Of a DNA stretch of 64,000 bases, positions 1-9,273 are shown piece by piece. The DNA is from a virus: positions 1 through 64,000 of IMG/VR virus record IMGVR_UViG_3300031569_001508, one strand, 5' to 3'. Under the pieces are notes generated by a model that made no database searches, was not told the DNA's origin, and worked only from the letters and a program-made list of their open reading frames with translations. Positions within the stretch are counted from its first letter, which is position 1. Each line of letters opens with the position of its first letter. The position numbers were made by a program, and so were the translations under genes.

Positions 1-1
1 T

Positions 2-650
2 ACTACAGGTACAGGTGGTTCATCAGGTAATTCAGGTACTACAGGTACAGGTGGTTCATCAGGTACTTCAGGTACAAGTGGTTCATCAGGTTTAAGTGGT
101 ACTACAGGTACAGCAGGTTCATCAGGTGATTCAGGTACTACAGGTACAGGTGGTTCATCAGGTAATTCAGGTACTTCAGGTACAGCAGGTTCATCAGGTA
201 ATTCAGGTGCAAGTGGTACAGCAGGTACAGCAGGTTCATCAGGTGATTCAGGTACTACAGGTACTTCAGGTTCATCAGGTTTAAGTGGTACTTCAGGTAC
301 AGGTGGTTCATCAGGTAATTCAGGTACTTCAGGTACAGCAGGTTCCTCAGGTAATTCAGGTGCAAGTGGTACAGCAGGTACAGCAGGTTCATCAGGTAAC
401 TCAGGTACTACAGGTACAAGTGGTTCATCAGGTAATTCAGGTACTACAGGTACAGGTGGTTCATCAGGTAATTCAGGTACTACAGGTACAGGTGGTTCAT
501 CAGGTAATTCAGGTACTTCAGGTACAGGTGGTTCATCAGGTAATTCAGGTACTTCAGGTACAGCAGGTTCATCAGGTACTTCAGGTGCAAGTGGTACAGC
601 AGGTTTATCAGGTACTTCAGGTTCATCAGGTACAAGTGGTATATCAGCTG
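2..650 (+). repeat. Tandem 9-bp-periodic coding repeat (GGT every third codon; GTS/GSS/GNS/GTT triplets)
   Basis: Repeated units such as ggttcatcaggtaattcaggtactacaggtaca. Confidence 0.95.
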
Positions 651-1570
651 CATTTGTAATATCAGATGAAGGAACTACTATTGGTACAGGAACAGTTACA
701 CAAATAAATTTTGCAGGAGGAGGTGTAACAGCTACGGCTGCAGCTGCAGGTTATGCTAATATTAGTATCCCATCCAACGCTTATGATTTCTCTTTATTTG
801 CTGATACAGGGGATATTGATCCTGTAGCAAGTGGTGATCAGGTAGAGATTTTTGGTGGTACAAATGTTACCACAGGGATTAGTGGAACTACGCTAACTAT
901 AAATGCTGCAGGTGGTGTAACATTTGATCAAACCCCACCAGCTGGAACAAAAGATGTATTAACATTCCAAAGTAATACTGTAATTAATTCAAATAGTAAC
1001 TTTCAATGGAATCAATCCACTCGAGCGATTACTATTGGATCTACATATCAAATTGAACAACTCCAAACAGGAGTATTTACACTTAATTCAGGTAATGAAG
1101 ATGAATACACAGAAATTCGAGGATTTGGTGGTAATATAGTACAAAGATGGGATGAAGATTTCACTTACATTAATGGTGGTGGGTTAATTGTTGGTGCTAC
1201 TACAGCTACAACTACTAATGGATTAATTAGAGCCACAAATGATGTTATTGCATTTTACTCATCAGATAGAAGATTAAAAACCAACATATTAAATATACCA
1301 AATGCTTTAGAAAAAGTAAATATGTTAAATGGTGTTACATTTGATTGGAAAGAGTTTGAAGAAAATAAAAATAAAGAAATCCATGCTAATGAAGGAGCAG
1401 ATGTAGGTATTATAGCACAAGAAGTTGAAGCAATATTCCCAGAGTTAGTAGATAACAGAGAAAATGGATATAAAGCCGTTAAATATGATAAATTAGTAGC
1501 AGTATTAATTGAAGCAGTTAAAGAACTAAATGAAAAAGTCAATATTTTAGAAAATAAAAGTAAAAATTAA
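2..1570 (+). CDS. Tail fibre protein (5'-truncated): proline-free Gly-X-Y Ser/Thr-rich repeat plus C-terminal peptidase S74-type intramolecular chaperone domain
   Basis: Frame 2 is open from the window start to TAA at 1568-1570 and reads GTTGTGGSSGNSG... The C-terminus has SSDRRLKTNI...GVTFDW...VGIIAQEVEAIFPELV...YKAVKYDKLVAVLIEAVKEL. Track ORF 1322-1570 is its 3' end. Confidence 0.88.
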   Translation, partial: TTGTGGSSGNSGTTGTGGSSGTSGTSGSSGLSGTTGTAGSSGDSGTTGTGGSSGNSGTSGTAGSSGNSGASGTAGTAGSSGDSGTTGTSGSSGLSGTSGTGGSSGNSGTSGTAGSSGNSGASGTAGTAGSSGNSGTTGTSGSSGNSGTTGTGGSSGNSGTTGTGGSSGNSGTSGTGGSSGNSGTSGTAGSSGTSGASGTAGLSGTSGSSGTSGISAAFVISDEGTTIGTGTVTQINFAGGGVTATAAAAGYANISIPSNAYDFSLFADTGDIDPVASGDQVEIFGGTNVTTGISGTTLTINAAGGVTFDQTPPAGTKDVLTFQSNTVINSNSNFQWNQSTRAITIGSTYQIEQLQTGVFTLNSGNEDEYTEIRGFGGNIVQRWDEDFTYINGGGLIVGATTATTTNGLIRATNDVIAFYSSDRRLKTNILNIPNALEKVNMLNGVTFDWKEFEENKNKEIHANEGADVGIIAQEVEAIFPELVDNRENGYKAVKYDKLVAVLIEAVKELNEKVNILENKSKN

Positions 1571-2761
1571 ATGGCTAATAATTCACTAGATGACATATAT
1601 GATGTAGCTTATAAAGCATCAGCTTCAGTATCAGGATTTAACGCTGGAAACAAATCTTTAACAAGTTTATGTCAAAATATGCCTCCTTTTTCTAGCTCAG
1701 CAATTCCATCTGCTGCTGTCGCGAATTTACTAATAAAGTATAATAATGGAAATATGTCAGGGCAGGATGCACCTGGTAATGCAGTAACAAGTGTTAATAA
1801 TACAAATATATCTTTAGGAACATTATCTTCATTTTCAGGTTCATTTGCTAATAATTATACTTTTGGGGCTACATATAATTTCCCAACCATGTTTTTTAAA
1901 TATGTTCCTGAAGGAAGTAATAATACTAAAATTAATTTATATAGAGAAGCAACTCAAAAAGTAGTAGATACTACTAATTTTCAATCTGTTAATTCTAGTG
2001 CAAACCCCGAACAATCAGGAAGTTTTGGGTTACCATGGAAAAAGGGAACTGGATCATTTCCTACACCAGACTTTGCAGGGACACTTACGTGTGGTGGAGT
2101 TTCTAACAACTATTGGCATATTAGTAGTTCATGTGAAAATGGAGATCCAATACCTCCAGGATCAGGTTCGTATATGATACCAAATGGTGCAGATGGTGAA
2201 GATACTGTTTTTATAGCATTTTGGATAAAACCTGCTGAAGGTCAAGAAGTAACTAAAACTGTATGGTGTTCTAATAACCAAGCAGGTGGTAATTATGATT
2301 GGGACCCATATGCTGGAATCCAATTCCAATTAACTTCTACAGGAAATTTAATAATAAGTAAAGGAGATTGTACAGGTACTACATCTCGTAATAGAACAAC
2401 ATTTCAAACTAGTTGGCAATTAGTTTTTGGTGTCTGGAATCTTGTATGTATAAGAGTTACATCAGCAGGAAGTAATGTTGCAACCAGTACAAATTATGCT
2501 TGGGGTTATTTTCCAAATCGAGGAGTTTATGGTTGGAATGGTGCTGGATTAAGTTATTTAAACGGAACTGGTGGTAATATCTGTTTTAGAGGAGATAGAG
2601 AACTTGTAGTTAATCCTGGAGATGGAGAAGAATATTTTACGGGACAAATAGGACATTGGTATTTCTTTGCAGAAAAAGGAAATACTCAAGTAACAGATAG
2701 TCAAAGATTTCAACTTCAATATTCAACAAATAGTGGAAGTTATGAATTATATACATCTTAA
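1571..2761 (+). CDS. Virion/tail protein with probable C-terminal LamG/concanavalin-A-like beta-sandwich
   Basis: 396 aa, G/S/N/T rich. Contains FIAFWIKP, WNLVCIRV and YFTGQIGHWYFF patterns typical of LamG-like folds. Directly follows the tail fibre gene. Confidence 0.55.
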   Translation: MANNSLDDIYDVAYKASASVSGFNAGNKSLTSLCQNMPPFSSSAIPSAAVANLLIKYNNGNMSGQDAPGNAVTSVNNTNISLGTLSSFSGSFANNYTFGATYNFPTMFFKYVPEGSNNTKINLYREATQKVVDTTNFQSVNSSANPEQSGSFGLPWKKGTGSFPTPDFAGTLTCGGVSNNYWHISSSCENGDPIPPGSGSYMIPNGADGEDTVFIAFWIKPAEGQEVTKTVWCSNNQAGGNYDWDPYAGIQFQLTSTGNLIISKGDCTGTTSRNRTTFQTSWQLVFGVWNLVCIRVTSAGSNVATSTNYAWGYFPNRGVYGWNGAGLSYLNGTGGNICFRGDRELVVNPGDGEEYFTGQIGHWYFFAEKGNTQVTDSQRFQLQYSTNSGSYELYTS

Positions 2762-2772
2762 ATTAAAAAATT

Positions 2773-3036
2773 ATGTCATTATTTGAAGACTTATCTAGAG
2801 GAGCAAGACTTACCTTTAAAAGAGGAGATACGGATGAATTTAACTTTGAAGGAGAATTCGAAGGTGGAGTATTGGTGCAACTTATTGGTGGAAGACCTAC
2901 AGGTATTACATATGTTTGTTCGTTTGATCAAAGAGATCCAACAAAAATATACATACAATTTATAAATAGACAAAACACTGAAAATTATTATCCAAAAGCT
3001 GAAGGAAATGGTGGTATATATAGTGTAATTCTATAA
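2773..3036 (+). CDS. Hypothetical protein
   Basis: 87-aa ORF filling the gap, with A-rich leader. Confidence 0.6.
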   Translation: MSLFEDLSRGARLTFKRGDTDEFNFEGEFEGGVLVQLIGGRPTGITYVCSFDQRDPTKIYIQFINRQNTENYYPKAEGNGGIYSVIL

Positions 3037-3064
3037 CTTATTTCAAATATTTAAATTTTTTATT

Positions 3065-3073
3065 ATATTTATA
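3065..3073 (+). promoter_or_regulatory. Putative late promoter ATAT(T/G)TAT(A), representative copy
   Basis: Same motif upstream of genes at 4855, 5163, 7827, 8407, 9615, 13067, 21153, 29355, 30287, 45274, 51694 and 61669. Confidence 0.7.
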
Positions 3074-3086
3074 ACAAAATTATAAT

Positions 3087-4817
3087 ATGGCTCATCAAGA
3101 TCTATCAGCAGCAGGAATAGTAACAGGACAAATTGTAGAAGCATCCGAAATAACACAATTTGTAAATGCTCTCACAGGTACACCCGTTGGGGGAACAGGA
3201 TATGACATTACTATATCTGGATCACTTAATTTAACAGGTTCATTTTTAATGACTGGCTCTTTGATTAATGAATACTCAGGACAGTTTAGTGCATTAGGGT
3301 TAGGAGTAACAGCTCCAACAGCTCCAACAATGTTACACATTAAAGATACAGCTGCAGGAGGGGATCCTATTGCTTTACTTGAAGCTAATGCTGGTACAGA
3401 CAATGCTAGAATAAGATTTTCAAATTCAGATGTATTGTATGATTTAGGAGCTTATGGTTCATCAGGTGATAGTTTTCAAATAGTACAAGATCAAACAGGT
3501 ACCCCAAGATTTCCCTTTACAATAAATAAAGACACAGTTAGCTATACATTATATTCAGCAGGTGATAGTGTTGGTATAGGGTTAGGTGCAAGTACTTCAA
3601 CAATATTAACTCCTTTACCTGCAGGTTCTTTACAAGCAGCAGGAAGGGTAAGTGGTAGTTCATTAAGAGCAGGAATAATATCAGCTAGTGATAGTGGAAT
3701 AAACATACATGGAACAGCTTCATATGCTAATTATGCTACTACAGCAGGTTCAGTAACAGCAGTTAACTTAAGTGAAGTAGTTATGGCAGGCGGAGGAGCC
3801 GCTTCATTATATTCTGCAAGTAATGCTTTTAATTCAGCATTTAATATAGTTTCTAATGGGGGAACTATAAAAGGAACTAATATACAATATTTGACCGGTG
3901 GTGAATTAAAGGACAGTTCAGGTGAGACTATAATTAATGGAAATATTCAAACCAATACTTTACAATTTGGAGATATAAGTCAAGGTGGAGGTGGAAATGG
4001 TGCTCGTTGGTATTTAGATACAACTAATGATATATCATATTTTAAAACAGATAATACTGACCCTCATAGTATACATGCAAGTGGAAACATTACAAGTGTT
4101 AATAAGTTACTTGCATCTGGTAGTGCATCACCATCAGTAGTAGTAGGGCCTAATGCAAATGCAGGTTCTGCAAATGCTGCCTCAGCCTCATTATTTATTA
4201 ATAACTTAGAATTTTGTAATGATGCTACAGCTTATATAAGTAACAATAATTCTTCTCCTTTAGCTAATTTAGCATTTTCAGCTCAAGGAGGCTCATCAAA
4301 TGTCTCGGCAATTATATCAGGTTCAAAAGATTTTACTTTAAACCAATCACTTATAGTACTTAACAAAACAGGACAAAGTGATGATAGTCTTAGAATGTCT
4401 TATAAGTATGGATCAACTTCAAACCATGCTAGAATGGTATTTGAAGGTAACGGTGTAATTACAACAAATGCTGCTACAGGAAATGTGTGGGATTGGCAAC
4501 CAAATACCTCTGACACAGGAACTTATGTGTTTAAATATAGTATAATAGGTGCTGATGAAACTAATCCAACATCCCAACAAACCAACCAAGTTTATGTAAG
4601 AACTGATCAAGTAACTTTTTGGAATGGAACAAGGTTTTTTCTTATAGGAACTAATAACATTACTAATATTACTGGTGGTTTAAGTAGTGCAATAGTAAAT
4701 ATTGGACTTGGAGCCGGAAACAATACAATGGCCGTTGATTGTACTGGACAAGCTGGAAAGTCTATATCTTGGAAAATATTTGTAGAAGTTGAAATGGTTA
4801 ATGCAGCTATAATATAA
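3087..4817 (+). CDS. Tail fibre-like structural protein
   Basis: 576 aa, G/S/T/A rich, ITISGSLNLTGS and LGLGVTAPTAPTMLHI fibre-type motifs; preceded by the late-type motif. Confidence 0.65.
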   Translation: MAHQDLSAAGIVTGQIVEASEITQFVNALTGTPVGGTGYDITISGSLNLTGSFLMTGSLINEYSGQFSALGLGVTAPTAPTMLHIKDTAAGGDPIALLEANAGTDNARIRFSNSDVLYDLGAYGSSGDSFQIVQDQTGTPRFPFTINKDTVSYTLYSAGDSVGIGLGASTSTILTPLPAGSLQAAGRVSGSSLRAGIISASDSGINIHGTASYANYATTAGSVTAVNLSEVVMAGGGAASLYSASNAFNSAFNIVSNGGTIKGTNIQYLTGGELKDSSGETIINGNIQTNTLQFGDISQGGGGNGARWYLDTTNDISYFKTDNTDPHSIHASGNITSVNKLLASGSASPSVVVGPNANAGSANAASASLFINNLEFCNDATAYISNNNSSPLANLAFSAQGGSSNVSAIISGSKDFTLNQSLIVLNKTGQSDDSLRMSYKYGSTSNHARMVFEGNGVITTNAATGNVWDWQPNTSDTGTYVFKYSIIGADETNPTSQQTNQVYVRTDQVTFWNGTRFFLIGTNNITNITGGLSSAIVNIGLGAGNNTMAVDCTGQAGKSISWKIFVEVEMVNAAII

Positions 4818-4888
4818 TTTTATTACACTCTTTAGGTTTTTGATTAAAAAACTAATATGTATAACAAAACATAAATAGTAAAAATATT

Positions 4889-5143
4889 ATGAACGAAAAA
4901 AAAGTTTTATCCCAAGAAGAAATTGATGAATTAAAAGAATTACAAAATACTTTTAAAAACTTAACAGAAGTTTCAGGCGTTATTGAAATGCAACATTACA
5001 ACATACAATTAAAAAAAGAACAATTGAAGTCAAATTTACAAAGTTTACAAGAAAAAGAAGTTATCCTTGCTAAAAATTTAGAAGATAAATATGGTCAAGG
5101 AAGCATTTCTTTAGAAACAGGTGAATTTTTACCAAGTAAATAG
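4889..5143 (+). CDS. Small coiled-coil hypothetical protein
   Basis: 84 aa, ends KYGQGSISLETGEF; lies just upstream of the sheath gene. Confidence 0.7.
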   Translation: MNEKKVLSQEEIDELKELQNTFKNLTEVSGVIEMQHYNIQLKKEQLKSNLQSLQEKEVILAKNLEDKYGQGSISLETGEFLPSK

Positions 5144-5187
5144 ACTTTTGAAAAAATTTAGTATATTTATCATAAAAATAACATAAA

Positions 5188-7812
5188 ATGGCAGAAACAT
5201 TAATTTCCCCAGGAGTATTAGCAAGAGAAAATGATCAATCTCAAATTACTTCACAACCAATACAAGCCGGAGCAGCTATTGTTGGTCCTACTGTATTAGG
5301 TAAAAAAGGAGTTCCAAAACTAGTAACTAGTTACTCAGAGTTCCTAGCTAATTTTGGTAGCACTTTTTCAAGTGGTTCAGATCAATTCACTTATTTTACT
5401 TCGGTATCAGCATATAATTATTTTAATAATGGAGGAACTTCATTACTAGTAGATAGAGTAAATTCAGGATCATTTAGTCCTGCAGTTTCAACACTAGTTC
5501 CAGCTGTAGAAGCAGAAAGTGGTAATTTATTAGTTGGTGGAAGTCTTTTAACTGAATTAACAAGTGGTGGATCAGGTGGTACAGCAGGTACTTTTGCCGA
5601 TAAAGATTTAGCTACTGTAACTGGTACTGGATCAGGAGGTAAAGTTGATATTGTAACATCTACTTCTCTTGGAAAATTATTAACAACTGCAGATGCTTTA
5701 TTACCAGAAATTAATGCAGGTACTAACCCAACAGATTGTGGTACAGCAGTTTATACAGATGTTATCATAACACAAGGTTCAACAGTATCAGGTAAAGCAA
5801 CAGTAACGGTAACAGGAACAACAGCTCCAACTATAACAGGTATTACAGTTACTACCCCAGGAACAGGATATGTAGCTGGAGGAATTACAATAGCAGAAGG
5901 GTTATTAGGAACTGGACAATTAATAACAGCTCAAGATGTATTATCTATTAGTGCCCTATCAGGTGGTACTACATTAGGTAATGTAGTAGGACCATTTACA
6001 ATTGCACAATCAGGAGCAGTTACAGGTGGTTCACAACAAACAGGATTAGGTGCTACTATAGCAGTAACAGGTGATGGAGCAGGTGCTTTATCAGCAGTTT
6101 CAGTTGCAAATATTGGAACTAATTATGTTACTGGTAATATTATAAAAATTACAGCAGCAGATTTATTAGCAGCTGGATTTACGTCATGTGATCAAGATTT
6201 AGATATTACATTAGCAGTTGGAAATGTCTCTAATTCTTCAGCAGTAGCAGCTACTATAACAGTAGCAGATTTATTAGTTGAAGTTTCCTCAGCTACAATA
6301 GACACAGCTGGAACAGGGTACGCAATTGGTGATCAAGTACAAGTAATAACATCAGACATAGGTAACTCAGCAGCTCCTGCATTATTTACATTAGTAAATG
6401 CTAATATAATAGATACAAATGTATTTACATTAGAAACAATTTCTGAAGGTACTATAATGAATAGTACAGGACCAGAAAATATTAATGGTGCTTTAGCTAG
6501 TGGGTCAAGAAATAACATTAGATGGGAAATACAAGCCCCAAATACAGGATCAGGAACATTTAGTTTAATTATTAGACAAGGTAATGATAATTCAAAATCA
6601 AAATCTATTTTAGAAATATTCCCTAATGTTTCATTAGATCCAAAACAATCAAACTACATAGCTAGAATTGTTGGAGATTTTACAGAAAATTTGATAGGAG
6701 CTGGAACAAATGATCCTTACATACAAACAACTGGATCATATGCAAATGGATCTAGATTTGTAAGAGTTTCATCTGTTAATTTAAAAACTCCTGATTATTT
6801 TGATAATGATGGTATTGCAAAAGCAGAATTTACAGGATCAATTCCTGGAGCAAGTAGTGGATCATTTGGAGGTGCAGATGGAGCAATAGTTTCTGCAAAT
6901 CAAAATTACTACCAAGAAATTAATAATAGTGATACTCAAGGGGTTGATGCAGCATCAATTCCAGATTATACAGATGCATTTAATTTATTAGCAAATAAAG
7001 ATGATTATAGATATAACATACTATCATCCCCAGGATTAGTTTATGCTAATTCAGCTCATGCTACTCCATTAAATGTAGGAGTTCAAAACGTACAAAGAAG
7101 AGGTGATGCAATATTTATTTTAGATTTAGAAAATTATTCATCAACTGTATCAGCAGCTGTTGGAACAGCAGCAAGTATAGATAACTCATATGCAGCAGCA
7201 TATTGGCCATGGTTACAGCTAGCAGATCCAGATTCAAGACAGTTAGTATGGGTACCAGCTTCAACGTTAATGCCTGGAGTATATGCGTATAACGACAAGT
7301 CAGCTGAAGCATGGTTCGCTCCGGCGGGTATTAATAGAGGCGGTTTAAGTACGGTAGTTCAAGCTGAAAGAAAATTAACTCAAACTAATAGAGATGATCT
7401 TTATACAGGGAAAGTTAATCCAATAGCAACATTCCCAGGAAGGGGAGTTGTAGTATTTGGACAAAAAACATTACAATCTCAAGCATCAGCTTTAGATAGA
7501 GTAAATGTTAGAAGATTATTAATTGAACTTAAATCATACATTTCACAAGTAGCTGATAATTTAGTATTTGAACAAAATACAGCAGCAACAAGAAATGGAT
7601 TTTTAGCTCAAGTAAATCCATATTTGGAGTCAGTACAACAAAGACAAGGTTTATACGCGTTTAAAGTCGTTATGGATGCTTCAAATAATGGACCCGACGT
7701 AGTCGATAGAAACCAAATGGTAGGTGCTATATACTTACAGCCAACAAAAACAGCTGAATTTATATACTTAGATTTTAATATCTTACCAACTGGAGCTTCA
7801 TTCCCGTCGTAA
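5188..7812 (+). CDS. Contractile tail sheath protein (T4 gp18-like) with large internal insertion
   Basis: N-terminal SPGVLARENDQS...GPT...YFNNGG; C-terminal YWPW, WFAPAGINRG, VNPIATFPGRGVVVFGQKTL, DRVNVRRLL, FEQN. Confidence 0.95.
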   Translation: MAETLISPGVLARENDQSQITSQPIQAGAAIVGPTVLGKKGVPKLVTSYSEFLANFGSTFSSGSDQFTYFTSVSAYNYFNNGGTSLLVDRVNSGSFSPAVSTLVPAVEAESGNLLVGGSLLTELTSGGSGGTAGTFADKDLATVTGTGSGGKVDIVTSTSLGKLLTTADALLPEINAGTNPTDCGTAVYTDVIITQGSTVSGKATVTVTGTTAPTITGITVTTPGTGYVAGGITIAEGLLGTGQLITAQDVLSISALSGGTTLGNVVGPFTIAQSGAVTGGSQQTGLGATIAVTGDGAGALSAVSVANIGTNYVTGNIIKITAADLLAAGFTSCDQDLDITLAVGNVSNSSAVAATITVADLLVEVSSATIDTAGTGYAIGDQVQVITSDIGNSAAPALFTLVNANIIDTNVFTLETISEGTIMNSTGPENINGALASGSRNNIRWEIQAPNTGSGTFSLIIRQGNDNSKSKSILEIFPNVSLDPKQSNYIARIVGDFTENLIGAGTNDPYIQTTGSYANGSRFVRVSSVNLKTPDYFDNDGIAKAEFTGSIPGASSGSFGGADGAIVSANQNYYQEINNSDTQGVDAASIPDYTDAFNLLANKDDYRYNILSSPGLVYANSAHATPLNVGVQNVQRRGDAIFILDLENYSSTVSAAVGTAASIDNSYAAAYWPWLQLADPDSRQLVWVPASTLMPGVYAYNDKSAEAWFAPAGINRGGLSTVVQAERKLTQTNRDDLYTGKVNPIATFPGRGVVVFGQKTLQSQASALDRVNVRRLLIELKSYISQVADNLVFEQNTAATRNGFLAQVNPYLESVQQRQGLYAFKVVMDASNNGPDVVDRNQMVGAIYLQPTKTAEFIYLDFNILPTGASFPS

Positions 7813-7826
7813 AAACTTAAAAATTA

Positions 7827-7835
7827 GATATTTAT
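7827..7835 (+). promoter_or_regulatory. Putative late promoter before tail tube
   Basis: ATATTTATA about 22 nt upstream of ATG. Confidence 0.7.
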
Positions 7836-7857
7836 AATAAAATAAAAAAGAAATAAA

Positions 7858-8346
7858 ATGGCAGTATTAAACCCAAACGAAATATTTTTCACAGCTTTTG
7901 AACCAAAAGTAGCTAATAGATTTATAATGTATGTAGATGGAATTCCTTCTTATATAATTAAAGGTATTAGTGGAATGGGTTTTGCACAAGATGAAATCGT
8001 ACTTAACCATATCAATACTTATAGAAAAGTAAAAGGTAAGTTAAGATGGAATGATATCACAATGCAATTATTCGATCCAATTACACCATCTGGAGCTCAA
8101 GCAGTAATGGAATGGACTAGATTACATCATGAATCAGTAACTGGTAGAGACGGTTATTCTGATTTTTACAAGAAAGATCTTACAATTGATGTATTAGGCC
8201 CTGTAGGTGATGTAGTTTCTGAATGGATTATTAAAGGAGCATTTATTAAAGATGCATCATTTGGAGATTATAACTGGGATGAAGATGGAACAGCGCAAAA
8301 TATTGATATGACAATAGGAATGGATTACTGCGTCTTGAATTTCTAA
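7858..8346 (+). CDS. Tail tube protein (gp19-like)
   Basis: 162 aa directly after the sheath gene; NRF...WNDITMQLFDP...YKKDLTIDVLGPVG...EWIIKGAF. Confidence 0.88.
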   Translation: MAVLNPNEIFFTAFEPKVANRFIMYVDGIPSYIIKGISGMGFAQDEIVLNHINTYRKVKGKLRWNDITMQLFDPITPSGAQAVMEWTRLHHESVTGRDGYSDFYKKDLTIDVLGPVGDVVSEWIIKGAFIKDASFGDYNWDEDGTAQNIDMTIGMDYCVLNF

Positions 8347-8372
8347 AAAACAATCAACATACTTTTAAAAAT

Positions 8373-8399
8373 AGCTTGGCTTACGTCAAGCTTTTTTTT
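8373..8399 (+). terminator. Rho-independent terminator after tail tube
   Basis: AGCTTGGC-ttac-GTCAAGCT stem followed by a T-run. Confidence 0.85.
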
Positions 8400-8448
8400 A
8401 TATTATATATGTATAATAAGAAATTAAGTTATAACAAATAAAATTTAT

Positions 8449-9273
8449 ATGGACCAAACACCAAAAACAACATCCAAAGTAGCAGCACCTCAAGTAGCAG
8501 CACCTCAAGTTACAGCACCTCAAGTATCAGCAGCTCCAAAATTTAAATTCCCATCAGAAACTGTAGATTTACCTTCTAAAGGGATAGTGTATCCATCCAC
8601 TTCTCCATTTTCATCAGGAAAAGTAGAAATGAAATACATGACTGCTAGGGAAGAAGATATTATTACAAATAATGCCTACATTCAAAAAGGACAAGTTATA
8701 GATAAATTATTAGAAGCGTTAGTAGTAACTCCTGGAGCAGATATTGCTGATTTAATAGTAGGTGATAAAAATGCATTATTAGTAGCATCTCGTGTATTAG
8801 GGTATGGTTCAATTTATAAATTTGAATATATGGGTGAAGATCATGAAGTTGATTTAGCTACTTTAGAAAACAAACCATTTAATGAGTCATTATTTACTAA
8901 AGGTATAAATAAATTCCATTTTCAAACTCCTACTGGAGACAATTTAATTGAATTTCAATTAATGACTGATAAAACAGAAAAATTGGTAAATGCTGAATTA
9001 AAAGGTTTAAGAAAACTAAACAAAGCAGTAAATCCAGAAATGTCTACAAGAATGAAACATATGATTATTTCAGTAGATGGAAACCCAGATAAAAAAGACG
9101 TTAGAGAATTTGTAGACAATTATTTCTTAGCAAGAGATGCAAAAGCTCTTCGAGACTACATTGTCGAAATTCAACCCGATGTCGATTTTTCATTCGATCG
9201 GGAAAAGCCAAATGGTGATATAGAAGAAATTGACATTCCAATAGGTGCCAACTTTTTTTTCCCTGACGCATAA
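8449..9273 (+). CDS. Baseplate hub assembly / tail assembly chaperone (gp26-like)
   Basis: VDLPSKG..Y, MTAREEDII, GDKNALLVASRVLGYG; C-terminal FFFPDA; lies between tube and tape measure genes. Confidence 0.75.
   Translation: MDQTPKTTSKVAAPQVAAPQVTAPQVSAAPKFKFPSETVDLPSKGIVYPSTSPFSSGKVEMKYMTAREEDIITNNAYIQKGQVIDKLLEALVVTPGADIADLIVGDKNALLVASRVLGYGSIYKFEYMGEDHEVDLATLENKPFNESLFTKGINKFHFQTPTGDNLIEFQLMTDKTEKLVNAELKGLRKLNKAVNPEMSTRMKHMIISVDGNPDKKDVREFVDNYFLARDAKALRDYIVEIQPDVDFSFDREKPNGDIEEIDIPIGANFFFPDA
8479..8538 (+). repeat. 15-bp tandem repeat encoding (VAAPQ)x4-like linker
   Basis: gtagcagcacctcaa x2, gttacagcacctcaa, gtatcagcagctcca. Confidence 0.9.

Noticed and set aside
1-650. Possible CRISPR array or satellite
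   Set aside because: No repeat-spacer alternation; it is a 9-bp-periodic coding repeat.
96-659. Track ORFs with VQQVHQVIQ repeats
   Set aside because: Out-of-frame shadows of the Gly-X-Y repeat. The real frame is +2 and is continuous with the S74 domain.
2783-2965. +1-frame ORFs at 2783-2965 and 51574-51759
   Set aside because: About 60 codons is within chance expectation and there are no convincing protein features.
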